From assembly GCA_028693335.1 (NCBI GenBank), contig JAQUVR010000050.1, positions 1-5,350 on the forward strand: 5,350 bases of DNA, given 5' to 3'. The stretch's first letter is position 1; each line of letters starts with the position of its first letter. A program made the position numbers and the translations under genes. Source of the stretch: Candidatus Iainarchaeum sp. Lineage in GTDB: Archaea; Iainarchaeota; Iainarchaeia; Iainarchaeales; CSSED10-239. This document shows positions 1 to 5,350 of the stretch, one piece after another. Below the pieces are notes generated by a model. The model made no database searches. It was given only the letters and a program-made list of their open reading frames with translations, and was not told where the DNA came from.

Positions 1-566
1 TTTCAAAAGACTCAATTGTTCTTGCAGCTGATATGCAAGCAACTATGGGGAATTTACAATCTAATAATGATATGACCAAATTATATAAAATTAATGATCA
101 TTTAGCAGTAACTATTTCTGGATCTGTAGGAGATGCATTAGTTTTAGTTAGATTTTTAAAAGTTCAAGCAAGTCTTTACGAGTTAGAACATAAGACGCCG
201 ATGAATACAAAAGCATGTGCAACATTATTATCAAATGTTTTAAATGCTAATAGATATTATCCTTATTATACACAATTTATATTAGCTGGATCTGTTGGTG
301 GATTGTCAATCTATAATATTGATATTGCTGGCGGAGTTGTTCAAGAAAAAGAGTTTTCATTTTCTGGATCTGGTTCAGAACTTGCATTAAGTGTTTTAGA
401 TAATAAATATAAAACAGATCTGTCAACAAACGATGCAATTAAACTAGCAAAAGAAGCTATTTTAGCTGCAAAAAAAAGAGATGTTTATACTGGCGGTCAA
501 GGTATAAAGTTATTTGTTATTACTAAAGATAAAATTGAAGAATTGCCTATTGCTAAATACAATTAA
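1..566 (+). CDS. psmB: 20S proteasome subunit beta, 5'-partial (N-terminus, including propeptide and catalytic Thr1, lies upstream of the window)
   Basis: The frame is open from nt 3 (SKDSIVLAAD precedes the ATG at 33), so the track's M33 start is a window-edge artefact. The translation aligns over its whole length with archaeal PsmB (e.g. Thermoplasma): VLAAD..AT, TKLYKI (Lys33 position), ISGSVGDALVLVRF, ATLLSN, FSFSGSGSE, AAKKRDVYTGG. Stop TAA at 564-566. Confidence 0.93.
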   Translation, partial: SKDSIVLAADMQATMGNLQSNNDMTKLYKINDHLAVTISGSVGDALVLVRFLKVQASLYELEHKTPMNTKACATLLSNVLNANRYYPYYTQFILAGSVGGLSIYNIDIAGGVVQEKEFSFSGSGSELALSVLDNKYKTDLSTNDAIKLAKEAILAAKKRDVYTGGQGIKLFVITKDKIEELPIAKYN

Positions 567-572
567 TTTATC

Positions 573-579
573 TTTTTTT
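573..579 (+). terminator. Oligo-T tract (T7) 7 nt after the psmB stop; candidate archaeal intrinsic terminator
   Basis: TCTTTTTTTA lies directly downstream of TAA 564-566. Archaeal RNA polymerase terminates at runs of 5 or more T. Such runs are also common by chance in this AT-rich DNA. Confidence 0.4.
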
Positions 580-580
580 A

Positions 581-640
581 TTTATAAATCTACAAAATCC
601 AAATTTTAATTAAATAAAAAAGTATTATTTAACGAATTTT
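581..640 (+). promoter_or_regulatory. Candidate promoter region for the aCPSF1-fap7-ORF4 unit (several TATA-like elements)
   Basis: TTTATAAA at 581-588, TTAATTAAATAAAAAA around 606-621 and TATTATTTAA at 623-632 all lie 15-65 nt upstream of the candidate starts at 645 and 657. I cannot tell from sequence alone which one, if any, is used. Confidence 0.3.
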
Positions 641-644
641 AAAT

Positions 645-2543
645 GTGAAAAATAAAATGGAAAAGTTCAAAGAAATTAAAGAATATATAGAAAAAACATT
701 ACAAGAAAAAAAAATAAATGTATCAAAAGTAGAAGCAGAAGGTCCTGAAATTGCTATTTACACTGATAAGCCAATAATTTTTTTTGATGATAAGAATCTT
801 ATTGGAGAACTTGCTGAAAAGTTAAAGAAAAGAATAAATATCAGATCTGAAAAAAATATTTTATTAGATCCATCTCTTGCATTAAATAAAATAAAACAAA
901 TTATTCCTGAAGATGCAGATATAAAAAGTATATTCTTTGACACAACTTTTAGTGAGGTTGTAATTGAGGCGATAAAACCTGGGGTGGTTATAGGAAAACA
1001 AGGGTTGGTTTCTAAAGAAATAATAAAAGAAACAGGCTGGATTCCAAAAATAATTAGAGCACCAACAGAAAATTCAGAAATTCTTAAAAAAATAAGATTG
1101 ATTTTATTAAAAAATAGTGCAGATAGAAAAGCACTTTTAAAAGATGTGGCTGCAAAAATATATAGTCCACCAGTAAGTAATAATGATTGGATAAGAGTTA
1201 CTGCTCTTGGTGGTTTTAGAGAAGTTGGTAGAAGCTGTGTTTTATTAGAAACACCAGACACAAAAATATTATTAGATTGTGGATTAAATACTGCTGAAAA
1301 AAATGATGAAGTTCCATTTTTTGATGTTATTAGATTTCCAATAAATGAACTTGATGCGGTAATTATTTCTCATGCGCATGTAGATCATAGTGGCTTTCTA
1401 CCATATTTATTTAAAGCAGGGTATACTGGGCCAGTTTATTGTACTGAGCCTACAAGAGATTTAATGGCTTTATTACAATTTGATATAATTGATGTAAATA
1501 TAAAGAGTGGAAGAGAACCATTATATTCAGAAGAACATGTAAAAGAATGTTTAAAACACACAATAACTAGAAACTACAGGGAAGTAACAGATATTGCCCC
1601 CGGAATAAGAATGACATTTCATGATGCAGCACATATATTAGGATCAGCATCTGTTCACTTGCACATAGGCGAAGGTAAACAAAATTTAGTTTACTCTGGT
1701 GATTTTAAGTTTGGGTTTACTAGATTATTTAACAACATGGACATTAATTATCCAAGATTAGAATCAATGATTATGGAAAGCACATACGCTGGAAAAGATA
1801 TAAATTATTCTAGAATGAAATCAGAGACAAATTTAATTGATGTGATTAATGAAACTGTTGAGAAAGGGGGGACAACATTAATACCTGTTTTCTCTGTTGG
1901 AAGAGCGCAAGAAGTTATGATAATTTTAGAAGAATATTTTAAATTAGGTAAACTAAAAACAGACAAAGTATTTGTAGATGGCATGACTAGACAAGCATCT
2001 GCAATACACACAGTTTATCCAGAATATATGAAAAAAAATATTAAAACTAGAGTGTTACAAAATAATTCTCCATTTTTATCTCCATTATTTACAACAGTAG
2101 ATGATGCTAATAGAGATGATGTTTTAAACACCCCTGGAGCAGTTATACTTGCATCTTCTGGTATGCTTACTGGTGGTGCATCTTTAAGATATTTTTATCA
2201 AATCGCTGATAATCCAAATAATTCATTAATTTTTGTAGGGTATCAAGGAAGAAACACTTTTGGTTATAAAGTTCAAAAAGGATTAAAATCTTTGCCTATT
2301 ACTATAGAAGACGGAAAAACAAAAAATTTAGATATTAATTTAAGAATTGAAACTGTTGATGCCTTTAGTGGTCACTCATATAGAGCTGAATTATTGCATT
2401 TCTTAAATAATGTCGCTCCAAAACCAAAGATGCTTTTATTAAATCATGGAGACTCTTGCCAAGAATTTTCTAAATTTGTATCCAAAAGATATAATTTAAA
2501 TGCAACTGCTATTCAGGATTTAGAAAGCATAAGATTGAGATGA
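645..2543 (+). CDS. fttA: aCPSF1 / FttA: archaeal KH-domain beta-CASP metallo-beta-lactamase ribonuclease (transcription termination / RNA 3'-end processing factor)
   Basis: 632 aa. N-terminal KH-type modules with a GXXG loop (VIGKQGLVSKEI). Metallo-beta-lactamase motifs LLDCG, SHAHVDHSG (HxHxDH), AAHILGSA and YSGDF. Beta-CASP motifs MESTY (A), FSGHS (B) and LNHGD (C). WIRVTALGGFREVGRSC is typical of aCPSF1. All catalytic ligands are present. The start is ambiguous: GTG 645 (track) or ATG 657. Confidence 0.95.
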   Translation: MKNKMEKFKEIKEYIEKTLQEKKINVSKVEAEGPEIAIYTDKPIIFFDDKNLIGELAEKLKKRINIRSEKNILLDPSLALNKIKQIIPEDADIKSIFFDTTFSEVVIEAIKPGVVIGKQGLVSKEIIKETGWIPKIIRAPTENSEILKKIRLILLKNSADRKALLKDVAAKIYSPPVSNNDWIRVTALGGFREVGRSCVLLETPDTKILLDCGLNTAEKNDEVPFFDVIRFPINELDAVIISHAHVDHSGFLPYLFKAGYTGPVYCTEPTRDLMALLQFDIIDVNIKSGREPLYSEEHVKECLKHTITRNYREVTDIAPGIRMTFHDAAHILGSASVHLHIGEGKQNLVYSGDFKFGFTRLFNNMDINYPRLESMIMESTYAGKDINYSRMKSETNLIDVINETVEKGGTTLIPVFSVGRAQEVMIILEEYFKLGKLKTDKVFVDGMTRQASAIHTVYPEYMKKNIKTRVLQNNSPFLSPLFTTVDDANRDDVLNTPGAVILASSGMLTGGASLRYFYQIADNPNNSLIFVGYQGRNTFGYKVQKGLKSLPITIEDGKTKNLDINLRIETVDAFSGHSYRAELLHFLNNVAPKPKMLLLNHGDSCQEFSKFVSKRYNLNATAIQDLESIRLR

Positions 2544-3085
2544 ACAGAATATTAATTACTGGCGTTCCAGGAGTTGGAAAAAGTGAAATTTCAAAAGAAA
2601 TCTCACTAATTCTTGGACACAAACTAATTAATGACAAAAATTACTCAGTTAAGAACAAACTAGGTCACTATGATTTGGTTTTAGGTCAGAAAGAATATTT
2701 TGTTGACATTTCTAAATTAAACAAATCTGTTTTAGAATTTTTTAAACAATCAAAAAAAGATCTTCTTTTTGAAGGGCATTTATGGTGTGAATTGTCAAAG
2801 ACTAATTTAAAAAGGTTTGATGTTATTATTATATTAGTTTTAGACAAGAAAATTCTTGAATCTCGTTTAAAAAAAAGAAATTATCCAGAGTTGAAAATTC
2901 AAGATAATTTGTTTTCTCAAGAATTTAATTATATTGAAAATTTATTTATTAAAAAAAATGTTTGCTATAAAAAAATAAAAATAACAAGCAATCTAAAAAA
3001 AAATGTTAATAAAATAAAATCGGTGTTAAAAAATGGCAAGAGCATTAGTAACAGCACAAGTTCAAAGTGTAAAAGAAATAAATAA
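2540..3085 (+). CDS. fap7: Fap7 / adenylate kinase 6 (AK6, hCINAP)-type P-loop NTPase, small-subunit ribosome maturation factor
   Basis: Walker A ILITGVPGVGKSEISKEIS aligns with human AK6 ILLTGTPGVGKTTLGKELA. LLFEGHLWCEL aligns with VIVDYHGCDFF. VIIILVLDKKILESRLKKRNYPELKIQDNLFSQEF aligns with [35 protein letters not shown]. The length (181 aa) fits the family. ATG 2540-2542 overlaps the fttA stop TGA 2541-2543 (ATGA). Confidence 0.82.
   Translation: MNRILITGVPGVGKSEISKEISLILGHKLINDKNYSVKNKLGHYDLVLGQKEYFVDISKLNKSVLEFFKQSKKDLLFEGHLWCELSKTNLKRFDVIIILVLDKKILESRLKKRNYPELKIQDNLFSQEFNYIENLFIKKNVCYKKIKITSNLKKNVNKIKSVLKNGKSISNSTSSKCKRNK
3022..3025 (+). promoter_or_regulatory. Shine-Dalgarno-like GGTG, 7 nt upstream of the ORF4 ATG and inside fap7 coding sequence
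   Basis: The sequence is cGGTGttaaaaaATG. GGTG is the core of the archaeal SD (complement of the 16S 3' CACC). It is only a 4-mer and the 16S 3' end of this organism is unknown. Confidence 0.3.
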
Positions 3086-3818
3086 AAAAGCAGAAATAAA
3101 AAAATGGAATAGAAAAATCACAACCATTGTTTTAGTTGTTCTTATTTTAAGCATTTGTGCAATTTTTGTTTATAATTTCTTTCAAGGAAAAAACTTTCAA
3201 AGAATAAAATATGATTTTTCTGAATCTGAACTGGGTGTGACTTTCTATTCTAATGAATTTTCTATTGCCGATTCATTAAATATCATAAAACAAGATAAAA
3301 ACATAACATTGGTTTTTACAATAGATGAAAAAGATATAAATAATTTGTCTGACTTTTCTGAAAGCATTTCTCTTTTCATGTATTTATTTTCAGCAAATGA
3401 TAAAAAAGTCACTCAAATTGTAAATGTTTCTAATAAAAATTCAATTTTATATTGCTCTACCAATTATGGAGACATTTATTCTAATGAAGATATTTCTGCA
3501 CAAGAGTGTTTGTCATTAATCAACTCAGCAGATACATTAATTGTTTTAAAATATCCGCAATCAACCTTAAACGAATCTGCAATATATTTAAATGCAAGTG
3601 AAAAGAATGTTTTAATTACTCCAAAGTCTTTAGAAGATCTTTCAATTTCAACATATTTGTTATTAAAGTCCATGTATCCAAATATGGAAAAAACATTAGA
3701 AAGTATTTATAAAATAAGAGAAAGTTTAACTGATGAAACTAGTTTAATTAAATCAATAGATCAAAATGTTGCTGATCAGATTGATCAAAACACAGTAACT
3801 GATTCTAATTTAGAATAA
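3033..3818 (+). CDS. Hypothetical signal-anchored (type II-like) membrane protein, no recognisable family
   Basis: 261-aa ORF. It has a basic N-terminal tail (KKAEIKKWNRK), one strongly hydrophobic segment ITTIVLVVLILSICAIFVYNFF (nt ~3117-3182), a ~210-aa N/S/D/I-rich ectodomain with five N-x-S/T sequons (NIT, NLS, NVS, NES, NAS) and one Cys pair (C141, C159), and an acidic C-terminal tail. The frame is closed upstream by TAA 3015-3017, so ATG 3033 is the only canonical start that retains the TM segment. Same strand as the fttA-fap7 unit and contiguous with it. Confidence 0.65.
   Translation: MARALVTAQVQSVKEINKKAEIKKWNRKITTIVLVVLILSICAIFVYNFFQGKNFQRIKYDFSESELGVTFYSNEFSIADSLNIIKQDKNITLVFTIDEKDINNLSDFSESISLFMYLFSANDKKVTQIVNVSNKNSILYCSTNYGDIYSNEDISAQECLSLINSADTLIVLKYPQSTLNESAIYLNASEKNVLITPKSLEDLSISTYLLLKSMYPNMEKTLESIYKIRESLTDETSLIKSIDQNVADQIDQNTVTDSNLE
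3213..3650 (+). repeat. Protein-level periodic modules (~46 aa) inside ORF4, marked by D-[FIL]-S at residues 61, 107, 153 and 202
   Basis: DFSES (61-65), DFSES (107-111), DISAQ (153-157) and DLSIS (202-206). A gapless alignment of residues 61-106 with 107-152 also matches KN (89-90 with 135-136), L93 with L139 and DI (101-102 with 147-148), about 10 of 46 identical. The two DFSES copies use different codons (gat ttt tct gaa tct versus gac ttt tct gaa agc), so the similarity is at protein level rather than a recent DNA duplication. The biased composition makes a chance match possible. Confidence 0.35.
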
Positions 3819-3835
3819 TTTTTATTGTTTTATTT
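3819..3835 (+). terminator. Oligo-T rich tract (TTTTTATTGTTTTATTT) directly after the ORF4 stop; candidate terminator of the fttA-fap7-ORF4 unit, overlapping the 3' end of dph2
   Basis: A T5 run starts at the first nucleotide after TAA 3816-3818, followed by T4, T3 and a further T6 at 3849-3854. The tract overlaps the stop and last codons of dph2 on the opposite strand. Confidence 0.4.
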
Positions 3836-4823
3836 GATCTATTTCTAATTTTTTATTAATATCAAATAATAAATCAACTTCTGTTGGAGATAATAATGGT
3901 TTATCAAATCTTATATAGTCATCATATGTTAATCTTGGGCAGCCAGTGTTAATATAACAATCAAAACCCATGCCAATAAAATAGCTTTCATAAATATAAT
4001 CAGATATTAATATTTCTGCAGATTTTCCGTGTTTAATTAATTTTTTTGCAATCTCTTTTGCTAGTTTTAATCTTTTTTGTCCATATTTTGTGGAAACTAA
4101 TATTGCAAAATTTTGTGAGTTTTGTAATAATGCCCTAGACACTACTCCATATCTTCTTTTAATAAATGCTAATGATATGGCAATTTCTTTATAATCTCTA
4201 TTTAATGGACTTATAGTATATATTTTTTGTTCAAAGAAAACATACGCTATATTGTTTGCATGAAAAACACCGTCTCCAATAAAAAAGATTGGTGCATCTT
4301 TATCTGTTACTGTTGAACAATCACAACCAAGTATCATTCCTTTTTCTACTCTGTCTGTTTTTCTACATTCTGTTACTGTTAGTTTATTTTTTATTAGTTC
4401 TTTTCTTATTGGTTCCAGATTTTTTAAGTATTGAATGGTTGTAAGTATTGTTACTTTTTTGTAATTATTTGTTTTTGAAATTTCTAATATTTTTTTAACT
4501 ATAAAATCTATGTCTTCTTTTTCTAAATAATAATCAATAGGTACAAAAATACTTTTTACACTAAATTTTTTCTTAATTGGGTAATGTCCAAAATGAATAA
4601 GGGTTTTAAATTTTAATTGTTTTGCAAGATCATCTTTAATATCGCAAGCACCATAACAAGGATCAATAAACAATACAGGATCAAAATCTTTTAATATTTT
4701 TAAAATATCTTTACCAAATGGCTTTAATCCTTCAGGTAGTTGTATAGCTATTGGCGCGTCTTTTTTACTTATTTTTTTTTTAAGGTCTATTGTTTGTTTA
4801 ATAACTATATCTTTTAATATCAT
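3822..4823 (-). CDS. dph2: Diphthamide biosynthesis enzyme Dph2: 2-(3-amino-3-carboxypropyl)histidine synthase, a non-canonical radical-SAM [4Fe-4S] enzyme acting on aEF-2
   Basis: 333 aa, the typical archaeal Dph2 length. IQLPEGLK, YGACD (C60), ILGCDC (C167), FIGDGVFHA and NTGCPRL (C295) correspond to the three cluster-ligand cysteines (C59, C163, C287) and conserved blocks of Pyrococcus horikoshii Dph2. Confidence 0.92.
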   Translation of the reverse strand: MILKDIVIKQTIDLKKKISKKDAPIAIQLPEGLKPFGKDILKILKDFDPVLFIDPCYGACDIKDDLAKQLKFKTLIHFGHYPIKKKFSVKSIFVPIDYYLEKEDIDFIVKKILEISKTNNYKKVTILTTIQYLKNLEPIRKELIKNKLTVTECRKTDRVEKGMILGCDCSTVTDKDAPIFFIGDGVFHANNIAYVFFEQKIYTISPLNRDYKEIAISLAFIKRRYGVVSRALLQNSQNFAILVSTKYGQKRLKLAKEIAKKLIKHGKSAEILISDYIYESYFIGMGFDCYINTGCPRLTYDDYIRFDKPLLSPTEVDLLFDINKKLEIDQIKQ

Positions 4824-4845
4824 TTTTGATCTTTATTTAAGTAAT

Positions 4846-4855
4846 TATATTTAAA
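4846..4855 (-). promoter_or_regulatory. TATA-like box (TTTAAATATA on the minus strand) for dph2, about 27 nt upstream of its ATG; implies a leaderless or near-leaderless mRNA
   Basis: The minus strand reads cctTTAAATATAattacttaaataaagatcaaaaATG. The box centre is about 27 nt from the A of the ATG (nt 4823), which matches the usual archaeal spacing between TATA box and transcription start. Confidence 0.4.
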
Positions 4856-4922
4856 GGTTAACCATTATTATTAAAAAATAATCCTTCATATTTTTTTACT
4901 TATATTTTTAATGCTTCTGCTC

Positions 4923-4930
4923 TTTATATT
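4923..4930 (+). promoter_or_regulatory. TATA-like box (TTTATATT) for cca, about 27-30 nt upstream of ATG 4957
   Basis: The sequence is ctcTTTATATTtattataattaaaataaatgatttttATG. This spacing would place the transcription start near 4953, favouring ATG 4957 over the in-frame ATG 4948. An alternative AT-rich box lies at 4900-4910. Confidence 0.35.
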
Positions 4931-4956
4931 TATTATAATTAAAATAAATGATTTTT

Positions 4957-5350
4957 ATGAGTTCAATTGGATTAGATAAAACAAAGGTAAGTGTATATAA
5001 TGATACCAGATCAAAGATACTTGATCTAATAAAACCAAGTAATTCTCAAATTAATAAAGAAAAAGACTTTGTAGACGCAATCTTAAAAAAAATAAAAGAT
5101 TATCCTGGTTCTCATATTGATTCATTGGTTGCTGGATCTTTTGCAAGGGACACAAATTTAAAAGATTCAAAAGATTTTGATATATTTGTTTTATACCCAC
5201 CAGAAACAAAAAAAGAGGACTTTGTAAAAGAAGGACTAGATATTGGCAGATTTGTTTTTAAAGGCCATTTTTCAGAAAAAGTGTACTCTCAACACCCATA
5301 TTTAAGAGGAGTTATTGATGGTTATAAATTAGAAATTATTCCAGCATATA
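4957..5350 (+). CDS. cca: CCA-adding enzyme (archaeal class I tRNA nucleotidyltransferase), 3'-partial; continues beyond the window
   Basis: This ORF is not in the supplied track because it has no stop within the window. My translation gives MSSIGLDKTKVSVYNDTRSKILDLIKPS...SLVAGSFARDTNLKDSKDFDIFVLYPPETKKEDFVKEGLDIGRFVF...YSQHPYLRGVIDGYKLEIIPAY. It aligns with Archaeoglobus fulgidus CCA (FVGSYARNTWLKGSLEIDVFLLFPEEFSKEELRERGLEIG...YAEHPYVHGVVKGVEVDVVPCY), including the GS-x-AR and DxD catalytic motifs. In-frame TAA at 4945-4947; possible starts at ATG 4948 or 4957. Confidence 0.9.
   Translation, partial: MSSIGLDKTKVSVYNDTRSKILDLIKPSNSQINKEKDFVDAILKKIKDYPGSHIDSLVAGSFARDTNLKDSKDFDIFVLYPPETKKEDFVKEGLDIGRFVFKGHFSEKVYSQHPYLRGVIDGYKLEIIPAY

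Noticed and set aside
33-35. ATG at 33 given by the ORF track as the start of the proteasome beta gene
   Set aside because: The frame is open back to nt 3. The upstream residues SKDSIVLAAD match the conserved N-terminal strand of proteasome beta subunits, and the catalytic Thr is missing. The gene is therefore truncated by the window edge rather than starting here.
606-613. Short perfect palindromes in intergenic DNA (TTAATTAA at 606-613; GGTTAACC at 4856-4863) as operator candidates
   Set aside because: A/T-only 8-mers are expected by chance in this composition. GGTTAACC is a single copy with no partner half-site in the window. I kept it only as a minor note under the divergent-promoter finding.
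785-817. C-box-like TGATGA (785-790) followed by CTGA (814-817), plus another ATGATGA at 1303-1309; possible C/D box sRNA
   Set aside because: Both lie inside aCPSF1 coding sequence. The box spacing does not fit the C, 12-nt guide, D' and C', 12-nt guide, D layout. There are no terminal complementary ends or a second box pair. These short motifs are expected by chance.
758-1261. 167-aa antisense ORF inside the aCPSF1 gene, surprisingly long for AT-rich DNA
   Set aside because: It lies entirely within a confidently identified, motif-complete CDS. Its product is a Phe/Ile/Leu/Ser-rich string of the kind produced by reading the complement of Lys/Glu/Asn-rich codons (AAA to TTT, GAA to TTC). It has no recognisable motif and no upstream promoter space, so I treat it as a shadow ORF.
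1805-2011. 68-aa antisense ORF within aCPSF1
   Set aside because: It is short, fully nested opposite a conserved beta-CASP region, and has no motifs. This is a shadow ORF.
3476-3673. 65-aa antisense ORF within ORF4
   Set aside because: It is short with no motifs and no independent signals. The sense ORF is four times longer, has a clear TM anchor and sits in an operonic position.
3769-3839. Cluster of four GATC sites within ~70 nt at the ORF4/dph2 junction; possible methylation or regulatory cluster
   Set aside because: Three of the four come directly from Asp-Gln dipeptide codons (GAT CAA/CAG) in the acidic IDQN/ADQI/IDQN tail of ORF4. GATC is also frequent elsewhere in the window. Coding explains the cluster.
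4772-4781. Long homopolymers in coding sequence (T10 at 4772-4781, which is A10 in dph2 codons 14-17; A9 at 706-714; A9 at 2995-3003; A8 at 470-477, 2869-2876 and 2951-2958) as possible phase-variation or programmed-slippage sites
   Set aside because: All are in-frame Lys-run codons (KKK) in Lys-rich proteins of an AT-rich genome. No alternative frame continues into a meaningful product. They matter only as possible sequencing or assembly indel hotspots, as noted under the fap7/ORF4 overlap.
4911-4979. 22-codon mini-ORF (MLLLFIFIIIKINDFYEFNWIR) spanning the cca promoter and start
   Set aside because: It overlaps the predicted TATA box and the cca start in another frame. Its composition is what T-rich intergenic DNA gives on translation, and it has no RBS or conservation evidence.
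1-5350. Search for tRNA, rRNA or other structured RNA (GC-rich islands), CRISPR repeats, inverted terminal repeats, integrase or transposase remnants, and defence-system genes
   Set aside because: There is no G+C-rich stretch of tRNA or sRNA size and no spaced direct repeats. Every ORF longer than 150 aa is accounted for by a housekeeping family or by the single orphan membrane protein. Nothing supports a mobile element or a defence island.

Overview
AT-rich (roughly 70% A+T by eye), tightly packed archaeal chromosomal segment that carries core information-processing genes. Order: proteasome beta subunit (5'-truncated by the window edge, +), aCPSF1/FttA KH + beta-CASP ribonuclease and termination factor (+), a Fap7/AK6-type P-loop kinase joined to it by an ATGA overlap (+), an unrecognisable signal-anchored membrane protein whose start lies 53 nt inside the kinase gene (+), diphthamide synthase Dph2 (-, its stop 3 nt from the converging stop), and the first ~131 codons of an archaeal class I CCA-adding enzyme (+, runs off the 3' edge). 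I found no tRNA, rRNA, CRISPR array, mobile element, long DNA repeat or recognisable defence, toxin or secondary-metabolite gene. Five of the six genes are housekeeping genes identified from diagnostic motifs. I do not see a convincing new multi-gene system here. The only unexplained content is the 261-aa membrane-anchored ORF (3033-3818), which shows a roughly 46-residue periodic motif and no family I can name. Its embedded start and the zero-spacer convergent junction with dph2 are secondary oddities. Regulatory calls (TATA-like boxes, oligo-T tracts, an SD-like GGTG) are weak, because almost any intergenic stretch in DNA this AT-rich resembles them.
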